Positions 28,763 through 38,269 of a stretch of DNA of 64,000 bases are shown piece by piece; position 1 is the stretch's first letter, and each line of letters starts with the position of its first letter. This DNA is from an uncultured Gammaproteobacteria bacterium. Its GTDB lineage: Bacteria; Patescibacteriota; Patescibacteriia; Patescibacteriales; UBA12465. The notes below the pieces were generated by a model. The model was not told the DNA's origin. It saw nothing but the letters and a program-made list of their open reading frames with translations, and did no database searches. The DNA is taken from the NCBI GenBank assembly GCA_964639785.1, contig CAZXEE010000002.1, positions 15,273-79,272 of the forward strand, read 5' to 3'. Position numbers and translations under genes: made by a program.

Positions 28763-31561
28763 ATGAAATCTTACCTATCTAAAAATCAATCAATTTTCTT
28801 GCTGGTTTTTATTTTAGTTTTTGGCACTCTCATCTTAGCTAATCCGGTCCAGGCCGGCTGGTTCGGCGATGCCGTTGCCCAGCTTATCGGCTGGATCGTT
28901 TATGCTTTTGTCTATGTGATCGGCTTGCTCATCATGTTGGTGATGTGGGTTTTGATCAAGATCGCCCAGTATAATGACTTCATTAATGCTGAGCCGGTTA
29001 CTTATGGTTGGACTATTGTTCGTGATGTCTGTAACATGTTTTTTATTCTCATCCTTTTGATTATCGCTTTTGCCACTATTTTACGAGTGGAACGTTATAG
29101 TTTTAAGACTTTACTGCCTAAACTGATCTTGATGGCCATCCTGATTAATTTTTCTAAATTGATTTGTGGCGTCTTCATCGATTTTACCCAGGTTATCATG
29201 TTAACCTTTGTCAACGGCTTTAAGGATATCGGTACTGGAAACCTTACTAATATGCTGGGAATCGACAAGATTATGAGTATTGAGGGCAAAAGCACTGAAG
29301 GTACCGGAGAAGTTAGCGCTTGGTCTATTGTTGGTGCCTATATGTTGGCTTTGATGTATTCGGTTATCGCTTTAATCACTTTGGTGACTATGGTTGCCGT
29401 TTTGGCAATGAGAATGATCATGATTTGGGTTTATGTCGTCTTGTCCCCGATGGCTTACTTGTTGTCTTCTTTCCCGGCTGGAGAAAAATATGCCTCCCAA
29501 TGGTGGGAAGAGTTTTCTAAAAACTTGATTATCGGTCCGATATTAGCTTTCTTCATCTGGCTGTCATTTGTTTCTTTGGGTGGGGTTGAAACTCCAAAGA
29601 CCGTTGAGGCTATTAACGGCACCGGAAAATCATTGGCAGAAAGTGGCGCTGTGGAAAGAATGCAGGCCACCGGAGATGCTTCTTCGACTCCATCGGCCGG
29701 TATTACCGAGGCCGGTAGTCCGGATCACATGATTAAATTTATTATCTCTATCGCTATGTTGGTCGGTGGCTTGCAGATCTCACAGCAATTAGGCGGTCAG
29801 GCTGGAGGTATGGCTGGAAAAGGCATGGCTAAGATGCAGAAGATGGGCAGCGGCGCCATGAAGAGCGTCGGTACCGGATTAAAGAGGGCTACTGGTGTCG
29901 AGAGAGTCCAGATGGCCTACAAGTCTTATAAAGATACCAAGGCTTCAGAGAGATCAAGCCGTGCTAAAGATGACGCTTTGATGGCTAGCCGAGCTATCGG
30001 TAAGGCTAAGGAAACGGTAATTGCCAAGCCATATCAAGCTATCAAGTCCGGAATTACACAAGGTGCTTCTCGCCGGGCAGAGAAGGAGAAGCTCCAGGTT
30101 GTTGCTAAGACTCAGGAACTACAAGAATTAAAGGTTAAAATTAAACCTATTGATGAATTGTCTCAAGGTAGGGAGCGTATTGAAAGAGAGAGAGAGTCAA
30201 TTAATACCACTGGTAAAGATTTGGCAGGTAATGTAGTTAAAGACAAGATTGCAGCTTTGGATTCCTTGGATAAGAGAGAGGCTGGATTAGAGATACAAGC
30301 TAAGAATGAAGGACTCGATTATTCTAAATTAGGAGACAAGAATTATGTGGATACGATGAAGACTGGAATTTTGAAAGGCAAGAGTATTGAAGATAGAGAA
30401 GGTGAGATTGAAAAGCACCAGGCCAAGGCTGATAAATATGAAAAGATCCAGTCTAAGGTTGATAATTTCAAGGAAACTAAACTGGGCAAGGTCATCGGCG
30501 CCGTTCCAAAGGTGGCGTCAGCCATATTCACTCCGGGTCATTTTGCTATGGAGGCTTTAAGAGGAAAACAAGGCTTCACCGGCGGGGGATTAAGTACTTA
30601 TGGCCAGAAAGATATCAAGCGAGCCGCTAATTATAATGCTCAAAACATTTCTGCCAAGAAAGATGAGATGAAATATTCTGGTAAAGACAAGATTATGGAT
30701 GTCATCAAGAATTCAAATGACCATCATGAGCATGCTGCGGCCACTGCTATCGCTTTGGAAAAAGGATATTTCCCTGATACTAAGGCTGCAGCAGAACAGA
30801 AGGATAAGGTCCATAGCCGATTCGGCAAGGACGATCGGGTTACTAGCGTTATGAATACTGCAGCTGAAAAGAATTATATAGAATTATCTCCTCCATATAG
30901 CACTCTGAGGAACCCAAATACTACTCCGGCGGAGAAGAAGAGCGCTAGTGATGAGATTGCAGCTGGGTTGGAGAGAGGCAGCACTAAGATTGCTGATATG
31001 AGCACGGCCGCCATTGATTTGGCTATCGGAGCTATTAATAGCATGAAGGATAAGAGTTTCCAGAAGCAATTTGACGGCACTTCCGATACCCAACAGAAGA
31101 ATATTAAGGTTTCTTTAGAGAGGGAAATCAGCCGAGCTGAGGCTGCCGGGGACCATGATTCGTCTTATAAAGCTAAGAAAAAACTGGCTTATACCGAAAG
31201 CTTCAATATTAATCGTTTCGGCCCAAGCTCAGACTTGAATGATCCTACCCAGAAAAGAAATCATGAACAAAAGAAGGAATTCTTAGGTTCGATGAATGAC
31301 AGTGAAGTCGCTAAAACTGTTAAGAGCAAGACTTCTCGCCAGCAATTCCTGGAGGAAATTAAGGTTCATCTGGATAGCAGCGGAGTTAAGATTAATGAAC
31401 AGTCTACCCACGAGGATATTGCCGCTAAATTAAAAAGCATTTTGCCTAATGCCGGTTTGGAAACTATGGATTCTACCAGCAAGGCTATATTGAATGCGGT
31501 TAAGAACCATGTTGTTGGTCAAAATCAAGCTACTCCTCCGCCGAGTAACCCTGTCGTTTAA
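28763..31561 (+). CDS. VirB6/TrbL-like polytopic membrane protein with ~570-aa hydrophilic C-terminal extension
   Basis: Signal peptide ('...LANPVQA|GW'). At least six long hydrophobic helices in the first ~340 aa, a pattern typical of TrbL/VirB6. The remainder is rich in Lys, Glu and Ala. Confidence 0.6.
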   Translation: MKSYLSKNQSIFLLVFILVFGTLILANPVQAGWFGDAVAQLIGWIVYAFVYVIGLLIMLVMWVLIKIAQYNDFINAEPVTYGWTIVRDVCNMFFILILLIIAFATILRVERYSFKTLLPKLILMAILINFSKLICGVFIDFTQVIMLTFVNGFKDIGTGNLTNMLGIDKIMSIEGKSTEGTGEVSAWSIVGAYMLALMYSVIALITLVTMVAVLAMRMIMIWVYVVLSPMAYLLSSFPAGEKYASQWWEEFSKNLIIGPILAFFIWLSFVSLGGVETPKTVEAINGTGKSLAESGAVERMQATGDASSTPSAGITEAGSPDHMIKFIISIAMLVGGLQISQQLGGQAGGMAGKGMAKMQKMGSGAMKSVGTGLKRATGVERVQMAYKSYKDTKASERSSRAKDDALMASRAIGKAKETVIAKPYQAIKSGITQGASRRAEKEKLQVVAKTQELQELKVKIKPIDELSQGRERIERERESINTTGKDLAGNVVKDKIAALDSLDKREAGLEIQAKNEGLDYSKLGDKNYVDTMKTGILKGKSIEDREGEIEKHQAKADKYEKIQSKVDNFKETKLGKVIGAVPKVASAIFTPGHFAMEALRGKQGFTGGGLSTYGQKDIKRAANYNAQNISAKKDEMKYSGKDKIMDVIKNSNDHHEHAAATAIALEKGYFPDTKAAAEQKDKVHSRFGKDDRVTSVMNTAAEKNYIELSPPYSTLRNPNTTPAEKKSASDEIAAGLERGSTKIADMSTAAIDLAIGAINSMKDKSFQKQFDGTSDTQQKNIKVSLEREISRAEAAGDHDSSYKAKKKLAYTESFNINRFGPSSDLNDPTQKRNHEQKKEFLGSMNDSEVAKTVKSKTSRQQFLEEIKVHLDSSGVKINEQSTHEDIAAKLKSILPNAGLETMDSTSKAILNAVKNHVVGQNQATPPPSNPVV

Positions 31562-31595
31562 TTTTATTAATTATTTATAAGCTTATCAATATAAT

Positions 31596-32774
31596 ATGGA
31601 AGACAAGGCTATACAGTTTTTAGAAAAATTAGATGGACTCTCAGATGAGGCTAAATTATATTTTAATTCAGCGATAGAAGCTAAGGCTTTGAAAGAAATC
31701 CAGAAGGATTATCAATTATCTAGCGACGAATTAGACAATATCATTTATGATGTCTTTATCGCTAATTTTGATTTTAAGGTTCTGGATGAAGACCTAAAGA
31801 AGACTAAGGTCCCTGAATCTTCCAGATCTAAATTGGCGGCTGACATTTTGGGAAAGATATTCTTGGCTCCGGCTACATTCTTAAAATTGGATGTGAAGAA
31901 TGAGATTATCAAACGTAGCCACCGACCGGAAATCTATCAGGATTATGAAATTGATTTTAATGACCTGATTGAAGAAAAGAATTTTGAAGCTATAGAAGAT
32001 GTAGCGGCATTGCATGAGAGCACTTTTAATCCTATCGAGGAAGAAGCTATTTGCTTGGATTTATTTTCTAAAGATATAAAAGGTGTCTTGAATAATCCTA
32101 ATGCTGATGCTATTTCTGAGTTGAATGGCGGCTTGATTACTTTGCTGACTAATAAACCCGATTTCCATAACAAGATCAATAAGATATTGTTTGCCAATCA
32201 GGAGGTTATTACCACTCAGGATTTAACCTGGCCGGAAGGTATCCAGCCGGGAACGGTAGCTAATTGGCTAAAGGACTTTATCAAAGAGAATGGCAGCGAC
32301 ATCTACAATTCAGTCGTTCTGTCTAAGTATTTGGCGACTTCTGCTAATCCGCAGCATTTAAGCGAGGATGAGAGAAAGGTTGTTCGCCGCCTACTTCGTT
32401 TGTATCGTAATTTAGTCTTTTTCCCAGAGTCAATGAATGATGTTCCGATGGAAGATTGGGAAATAATTCCAACGGAAAAAGTGGCTATTGAGAAACCGGC
32501 TCCTGTTAAAGAAGAAGAGAAGCTTCCGGAAGTTAAAGAAGAGGCGGTAGTTGCTCCGATAGAAAAAAAATTAACCCCTATGCCATTAGCGGTTAAGCCG
32601 GAAATTCCAATTGCTAAAAATAGTCCAGTCGTTGAAACCCCCAAAGTCGAAGTTCCTGAAATAAAAGAAGATCCTGAATTGACTAAGCTGAAGACAACTT
32701 TAGCTCAATATGCTCCAGATTCATTGGAGGCTAAAGTGATCAGGGAAGAGATCAGAAAGAGACAGAATAATTAA
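31596..32774 (+). CDS. acidic hypothetical protein with Pro/Glu/Lys/Val-rich C-terminal third
   Basis: No TM helix or signal peptide seen. The tail reads 'KPAPVKEEEKLPEVKEEAVVAPIEKKLTPMPLAVKPEIPIAKNSPVVETPKVEVPEIKE'. Confidence 0.6.
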   Translation: MEDKAIQFLEKLDGLSDEAKLYFNSAIEAKALKEIQKDYQLSSDELDNIIYDVFIANFDFKVLDEDLKKTKVPESSRSKLAADILGKIFLAPATFLKLDVKNEIIKRSHRPEIYQDYEIDFNDLIEEKNFEAIEDVAALHESTFNPIEEEAICLDLFSKDIKGVLNNPNADAISELNGGLITLLTNKPDFHNKINKILFANQEVITTQDLTWPEGIQPGTVANWLKDFIKENGSDIYNSVVLSKYLATSANPQHLSEDERKVVRRLLRLYRNLVFFPESMNDVPMEDWEIIPTEKVAIEKPAPVKEEEKLPEVKEEAVVAPIEKKLTPMPLAVKPEIPIAKNSPVVETPKVEVPEIKEDPELTKLKTTLAQYAPDSLEAKVIREEIRKRQNN

Positions 32775-32801
32775 TTATTTTTTGTTTAATATCATATAAA
32801 T

Positions 32802-34169
32802 ATGTTTGATTATCTTGATAAGTTCAATAGCTTGGACCAGAAGATAAGAGAAAAAGTCTCCAATCCGTTCGTGATGGGAGTTATCGAGCAATTGGAAAAG
32901 GAATACGAAGTCGATCTGGCTTCTGTGGTCATGATGGTTATGATCAAAGCTGTTCCGATTGCTGATTTGGCTATCCATTTGTCCGATCAATTCTCTTTGA
33001 GTGAAGAAAAGGCCAAGGCTTTAGCTCAAGATATGAAAGAAAAAGTATTCTTAGGTGTAGCAGATTATTTAGGGTTGGATTTGAGCCAGCTTTTTGTGAA
33101 TAAGATCGAAGAGGTTAAGTCGGAAGAACCGAAAGCGGAAGAGATTAAGGTTGAAGAAGCCCCAGCTCCGAAGGCTAATCCGTATAACCAAGAAATTGAT
33201 GCAGTTATCCGAGCCACCATCATTGAGATGAATCTTAATCTAGCTTTGGACTTAGCTGAGAGACTGACCAGCGCTTTGAATTTGTACTGGCGCGATGTCC
33301 GTAATAAGATCGATACCCGAGCCTTATTGGCTAAAACGGTTGAAACCGGCGGGTTTGCGCTGAGTGATCAGATAATAGATGCTTTACTTAATGTTCTAGA
33401 CAAGAAGAAGGGCACTGCCAACGGCAAGAAACAGGCAGAAATCAAGAAGCCAAATTCTGGAGTCCTGGAAAAGATCGGTCAGTTAGCCAAGGACTCGGCT
33501 CGTTATGAATCCGATTATAATCTAGCTTCTATTTTGGATACTAAGCATGAGATATCTGGCGGACTTGATCTATCTCATGAAATAGCTCCAGTTAAACCAG
33601 TCGCCCCAGTTTTGCCTAAAGCGGAAATCAAACCGGACCTTTCAGCTGTTATTGAAAAAGAACCAGCCAAGCCGGTAGTTCCTCCGGTGGTGCCAGCTCC
33701 GATTGTCGCCCCAACCATTACTCCGGTTGTCGCTCCGGTTCCGGCTCCCATAGTTAAGCCTCAGCCAGCGGTATCCGCTTCTCCAGTTAAACCAGTAGAG
33801 AACAAGCCTGTTAAACCGAAAGTTGAAGACATCAAGCCGGTTAGGATTATGAATCCGATTGATGAATTGCGCTATATGGACTTGGTTAATTTCCGAAGAA
33901 TGTCTAAGGATGCCGATGATATTACCAAGAAGATCAAGAGCCGTATCAAATTGCTCGAAGGTGAAGATTATGAAAAAGGCTTGGCCGGAACTACGGCTTG
34001 GCGCCAGAGTCCGGTAAACAAGCTATATCTGAAGATTATTAACTCCAGCTTAAGCGAGGGAAAAACTATTCCGGAAATTATTGATGGTTTGAAATCCAAG
34101 AATCAAGATTATCTGACCCTAGCTGAAGTGGAAGCTATTATTTCTTTGAACAGTGAATTAAAATTTTAA
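32802..34169 (+). CDS. hypothetical protein with central Pro/Val/Ala-rich spacer
   Basis: No TM helix seen. Spacer 'PVKPVAPVLPKAEIKPD...PVVPPVVPAPIVAPTITPVVAPVPAPIVKPQPAV' lies between two folded-looking regions. The N-terminus is loosely similar to the preceding gene. Confidence 0.6.
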   Translation: MFDYLDKFNSLDQKIREKVSNPFVMGVIEQLEKEYEVDLASVVMMVMIKAVPIADLAIHLSDQFSLSEEKAKALAQDMKEKVFLGVADYLGLDLSQLFVNKIEEVKSEEPKAEEIKVEEAPAPKANPYNQEIDAVIRATIIEMNLNLALDLAERLTSALNLYWRDVRNKIDTRALLAKTVETGGFALSDQIIDALLNVLDKKKGTANGKKQAEIKKPNSGVLEKIGQLAKDSARYESDYNLASILDTKHEISGGLDLSHEIAPVKPVAPVLPKAEIKPDLSAVIEKEPAKPVVPPVVPAPIVAPTITPVVAPVPAPIVKPQPAVSASPVKPVENKPVKPKVEDIKPVRIMNPIDELRYMDLVNFRRMSKDADDITKKIKSRIKLLEGEDYEKGLAGTTAWRQSPVNKLYLKIINSSLSEGKTIPEIIDGLKSKNQDYLTLAEVEAIISLNSELKF

Positions 34170-34173
34170 GGTT

Positions 34174-34614
34174 ATGCAGCAATACACCGTACCGCAATTT
34201 ATCGATGTCGAGGCTAAGATTATCGGTCCGATAACAACCCGCCAGTTCCTGATCTTTTTGGGAGCGGCTTTGATCATTTTCGTATCTTACAAGATTTTCG
34301 ACTTCGGACTTTTTTTGACTATCGCCATTCTGGTCTTCTTGATTGCCGGAACTTTCGCCTTTTTAAAGGTTAATGGCCGTCCTTTCCATTATTTTGTCTT
34401 GAACTTAGTGCAGACTTTGAAGAAGCCGACGGTCCGAGTCTGGAATCATCAGCAGCCTAGCTTCGAGGAGAAGGAGAATAAGGAATTCAAGTTTGAAGAA
34501 GTGGTGGTTAATAAGAAATTGAATGAAGCCCGGTTGGCTGAATTGTCATTGATTGTCGACACTAAGGGTAAGTATAAAGGGGAAAACGGGGACCAGGATA
34601 TCAAGAATCTTTAA
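34174..34614 (+). CDS. PrgI-family (VirB3-like) small membrane protein
   Basis: 'YTVPQFIDVEAKIIGPITTRQFLIFLGAALIIF' followed by a second TM helix. Lies upstream of the VirB4-like ATPase, as in Gram-positive T4SS loci. Confidence 0.6.
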   Translation: MQQYTVPQFIDVEAKIIGPITTRQFLIFLGAALIIFVSYKIFDFGLFLTIAILVFLIAGTFAFLKVNGRPFHYFVLNLVQTLKKPTVRVWNHQQPSFEEKENKEFKFEEVVVNKKLNEARLAELSLIVDTKGKYKGENGDQDIKNL

Positions 34615-34640
34615 TTTATAAATGATAATTTTTAAATAAC

Positions 34641-35324
34641 ATGCCGGAGAAAAATAAAATGGTGAGGAATAAGGTGGCGGTCTCCACTCAGCAATATCTG
34701 GATATCGCTGAGATCAAGGATGATACCGTGATCATGCGCGATGGTACTTTACGCGCCGTTTTAGCCGTTTCCAGTATCAATTTTGCTTTGAAAAGCGAAG
34801 ATGAACAGAATGCTGTCATTTCGGCTTATGTCGGTTTCTTGAATAATATCAGCTCCATGATCCAGATTGTCATCCAGTCTCGAGAATTGAATATTTCTAG
34901 CTATTTGGAATATTTGCATCAGCGGGAAAAAGAGCAAACCAACAAGCTGCTTAAGATCCAGACGGCTGAATATATCGAATATATTAAGGAGTTGATTTCA
35001 ATCGGAAAGATCATGAACAAGCGTTTTTATGTAATAATTCCTTATAGCCCGGTCAGTGATCAGCGCAAAGGCTTCTTTTCTTCTTTGGGTGAAGCTTTCC
35101 GTCCGGCTACTTTTTTGAAATTGAAAGAGTCTAAGTTTTTGAAATACAAGGAGGCTTTATATCGCCGTGTCGATAGCATTACTTCTTCCTTGTCTTCTTT
35201 GGGGGTGGATGTTCATCAGCTTGATACCCAAGAGCTTATCGAACTCTATTACAAAACCTATAATCCGGAGACTTCCAAGAACCAGCCTTTGGTCGATATC
35301 GAGAAGATTAGGGTCGAGGCCTAA
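34641..35324 (+). CDS. hypothetical protein, possible VirB4-N-terminal-like accessory module
   Basis: 'YLDIAEIKDDTVIMRDGTLRAVLAVSSINFALKSEDEQNAVISAYVGFLNNI'. The pattern recalls the N-terminal region of conjugative VirB4/TraE ATPases. No P-loop. Confidence 0.4.
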   Translation: MPEKNKMVRNKVAVSTQQYLDIAEIKDDTVIMRDGTLRAVLAVSSINFALKSEDEQNAVISAYVGFLNNISSMIQIVIQSRELNISSYLEYLHQREKEQTNKLLKIQTAEYIEYIKELISIGKIMNKRFYVIIPYSPVSDQRKGFFSSLGEAFRPATFLKLKESKFLKYKEALYRRVDSITSSLSSLGVDVHQLDTQELIELYYKTYNPETSKNQPLVDIEKIRVEA

Positions 35325-35345
35325 GATTTTTAATTATTATTTTTT

Positions 35346-37268
35346 ATGATAAATTTCAAACAAGCCAGTCAAGAATCAGAACAGAAAAAAGCCGAGACCA
35401 AAGGCGGAGTTTTCTTAGTGGATAATAAAATCCAGGTGGCTTCACAGATCGAAGAGAATGTCGAGCTTACTAAGGAAATCATCGAAGAAGAAATTGCTTA
35501 TCGCCGTGGTATATTGTCAGTTCGGGACTTGATCGCTCCAGCCAGCTTGAAAGTCAATCCAACTTATTTGCAGCTGGGAAAGAAATTTTTGCGGACCGTT
35601 TTCGTGGTCAGCTACCCGCGTTATATCGGTGTCGGTTGGTTCGCTCCTATCATTAATTTGAACTATACCTTTGATGTTTCCATGTTCTTTTATCCGGTTA
35701 AATCAGCCTTGATCTTGAAACAGTTGAAGAATCGGGTGGGTAATTTGGAAGCTCAGATTATTTCGGATGCTGATAAAGGCGCTCCGCGTGATCCGCTTCG
35801 AGAAACGGCTTTGCGTGATATTGAATATTTACGCGATGCTTTGACCCAGGGTACGGAAAAGTTCTTCCAATTCGCTTTATATGTCACCATCTATTCCGAT
35901 ACCATGGAAGAACTTGATCGTTTAAGCGACCAGATTGAAGATATTTTCGGTTCTCGCTTGGTTTATTCCAAACGAGCTTTCTATCAGGCTGAACAGGGAT
36001 TTAATTCGACCTTGCCGTTATGTAATGATGAGTTATTCATCACTTTCAACATGAATTCATCACCGGTCGCTTCTTCGTTCCCGTTCATTTCTTCCGAGTT
36101 GACCAGCGACAAGGGTATTTTATATGGCATCAACCGGCATAATAACAGCTTGATCCTTTTTGATCGTTTTAGCATGCAGAATGCCAATTCGGTGGTGTTC
36201 GCTACTTCTGGAGCCGGCAAGAGTTATACCATTAAATTGGAGGTTTTAAGATCCTTGATGTTGGGAACGGACGTGATCATTATTGATCCGGAATATGAAT
36301 ACAAGCATTTATCCGATGCTGTCGGCGGTACCTATATCAATATCTCCTTGTCTAGCGAAAACAAGATCAATCCTTTTGATTTGCCTCGAGCTATCGGCGG
36401 AGAAGCCAAACCGAAAGATATTATCCGGAGCGCGGTTATTACCTTGAAAGGCTTAGTCCGCTTGATGATTGGTAATCTGACCAATGAAGAAGATTCCTTG
36501 GTTGACCGAGCTCTCTTGGAAACCTACGCTAAGAAGGATATTACGCCCGACTCTGACTTAAGCCAGATTGAACCGCCGACTATGACCGATTTTTATCAAG
36601 TCTTAGACGGCATGGAAGGGGCTGGAGAGTTAGCGGAACGCTTGAAAAAATATACTGAAGGTACTTTTGCCGGATTGCTTAATAATCCGACTAATGTGGA
36701 GATGAATAACCAGTTGATCTGTTTCTCGGTCCGAGACTTGGAAGATGAATTGAGACCTATCGCCATCTACACCATTGTCAACTATATTTGGAATGTAGTC
36801 CGGAGCGAGACCAAGAAGCGTGTCTTGGTAATCGATGAAGCTTGGTGGATGATGCAGAATGCGGATAGTGCCAAGTTTATCTTCGCTTTGGTAAAACGTT
36901 GCCGCAAATACTATTTAGGTGTTACTACTATCACCCAGGATGTTAATGACTTTTTAACTTCGCCTTATGGCCAGGCTATCGTGAACAATTCTTCCGTCCA
37001 GATTCTTTTGAAGCAGGCTCCGGCCGCTATCGATTTAGTCCAAAAGACTTTCATGCTGACTGAGGGCGAGAAATATCTGTTATTGGAGTGCGGTTTGGGC
37101 GAGGGCATCTTCTTCGCCGGCAACAAGCACGTGGCTATCAAGGTGGTGGCTTCCTATACCGAAGACCAGCTGATTACTTCCGATCCGAGACAATTATTGG
37201 AAATTGAAGAAGCTAAGAAGCAATTCGAAGAGAACCTCAACCAAGAGGTTGGGGGAGTTCAAAAATAA
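35346..37268 (+). CDS. VirB4/TraE-family secretion ATPase
   Basis: Walker A 'ATSGAGKSY' and Walker B 'VLVIDEAWWMM'. N-terminal 'FLRTVFVVSYPRYIGVGWFAPII' is typical of VirB4-like proteins. Confidence 0.8.
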   Translation: MINFKQASQESEQKKAETKGGVFLVDNKIQVASQIEENVELTKEIIEEEIAYRRGILSVRDLIAPASLKVNPTYLQLGKKFLRTVFVVSYPRYIGVGWFAPIINLNYTFDVSMFFYPVKSALILKQLKNRVGNLEAQIISDADKGAPRDPLRETALRDIEYLRDALTQGTEKFFQFALYVTIYSDTMEELDRLSDQIEDIFGSRLVYSKRAFYQAEQGFNSTLPLCNDELFITFNMNSSPVASSFPFISSELTSDKGILYGINRHNNSLILFDRFSMQNANSVVFATSGAGKSYTIKLEVLRSLMLGTDVIIIDPEYEYKHLSDAVGGTYINISLSSENKINPFDLPRAIGGEAKPKDIIRSAVITLKGLVRLMIGNLTNEEDSLVDRALLETYAKKDITPDSDLSQIEPPTMTDFYQVLDGMEGAGELAERLKKYTEGTFAGLLNNPTNVEMNNQLICFSVRDLEDELRPIAIYTIVNYIWNVVRSETKKRVLVIDEAWWMMQNADSAKFIFALVKRCRKYYLGVTTITQDVNDFLTSPYGQAIVNNSSVQILLKQAPAAIDLVQKTFMLTEGEKYLLLECGLGEGIFFAGNKHVAIKVVASYTEDQLITSDPRQLLEIEEAKKQFEENLNQEVGGVQK

Positions 37269-37291
37269 TTATAATTTAATTTTCATATTAT

Positions 37292-37903
37292 ATGGATGAC
37301 AGAAAACGTTTGGGTATCTTTATTATCGGTACGGCTTTGATCATCGTGATCGTTATCGCGGTCTTCATGTACACCTTTAACAAGAAGCAGAAAGCGGCTA
37401 ATGAGGCGGCTAATCCGACTCAGACCGAGGCTGATGCCAACAAATTATTCCAGGACTCCTTGAATAACAAGGCTAAAGCTAATTATTCCTTTGATCCTGA
37501 GGCCGAAAAGAATCGGGCTTTGAATTCTGAGGATTTACGTAAGATAGCTTTGTCTTTTGCGGAGCGTTTCGGTTCTTATTCCAACCAGTCTAATTATGGC
37601 AATATTGAAGATTTGAAGATCATGATGACCTCTAAGATGCAGGATTGGGCCGATGGCTATGTTGCTAGTCTGAAGAGTCAGGATAAAGACAATGCCGTCT
37701 ATTATGGCATTACCAGTGTAGCTATTTCCGGCGAGGTCAAAAAATTCGATGACAAGGCCGGTGCGGCTGAAATCTTGGTCTCTACCCAGAGACGGGAGGT
37801 AGTCGGATCAGGCGAACCTAAGATCTTTACCCAAGATGTTTCCATCATATTCGAAAAGGTAAATGACGATTGGAAGGTAGCCAGTGCTACTTGGCAGAAA
37901 TAA
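37292..37903 (+). CDS. bitopic membrane protein, candidate VirB8-like (NTF2-like) component
   Basis: N-terminal TM helix 'LGIFIIGTALIIVIVIAVFMY' and a ~170-aa extracytoplasmic domain ending 'FEKVNDDWKVASATWQK'. Size and topology match VirB8/PrgL-type proteins. The assignment is inferential. Confidence 0.35.
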   Translation: MDDRKRLGIFIIGTALIIVIVIAVFMYTFNKKQKAANEAANPTQTEADANKLFQDSLNNKAKANYSFDPEAEKNRALNSEDLRKIALSFAERFGSYSNQSNYGNIEDLKIMMTSKMQDWADGYVASLKSQDKDNAVYYGITSVAISGEVKKFDDKAGAAEILVSTQRREVVGSGEPKIFTQDVSIIFEKVNDDWKVASATWQK

Positions 37904-37918
37904 TTATTAATAAAAAAT

Positions 37919-38260
37919 ATGGCTATTAAAAAAGTTGCCCCTAAAAAAATAAAAAAAACTCCAGCTCCAAAGACTGCTGTAAAAGCGGCGGTTAAGAAGG
38001 TTGCTCCTAGGGTTAAGAAAGTTGCAGTTGAGCCGGAGGCCCCGGTTAATTTCCCAGTTAAGACTTTTATCATTGTTGCTATGATGGTCTTTGTCTTTTC
38101 CGGATTATTCCTGATGTGGTGGGGCGTTACTAATTCTGATCCTAATAACGTTGATTCCAATTCTTGGATCTATTCCCGCCATAAGTTCGATCAGTATCGG
38201 GCCGAAGGTTGCGGCGGTGATCCTTTGGTCACTATGCCTAATTGCCCTCGGGTAAAATAA
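37919..38260 (+). CDS. small bitopic protein with Lys/Ala/Pro/Val-rich (histone-H1-like) N-terminal tail
   Basis: 'AIKKVAPKKIKKTPAPKTAVKAAVKKVAPRVKKVAV', then TM helix 'FIIVAMMVFVFSGLFLMWW', then a short domain with two Cys. Confidence 0.55.
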   Translation: MAIKKVAPKKIKKTPAPKTAVKAAVKKVAPRVKKVAVEPEAPVNFPVKTFIIVAMMVFVFSGLFLMWWGVTNSDPNNVDSNSWIYSRHKFDQYRAEGCGGDPLVTMPNCPRVK

Positions 38261-38269
38261 TCTTAATCT

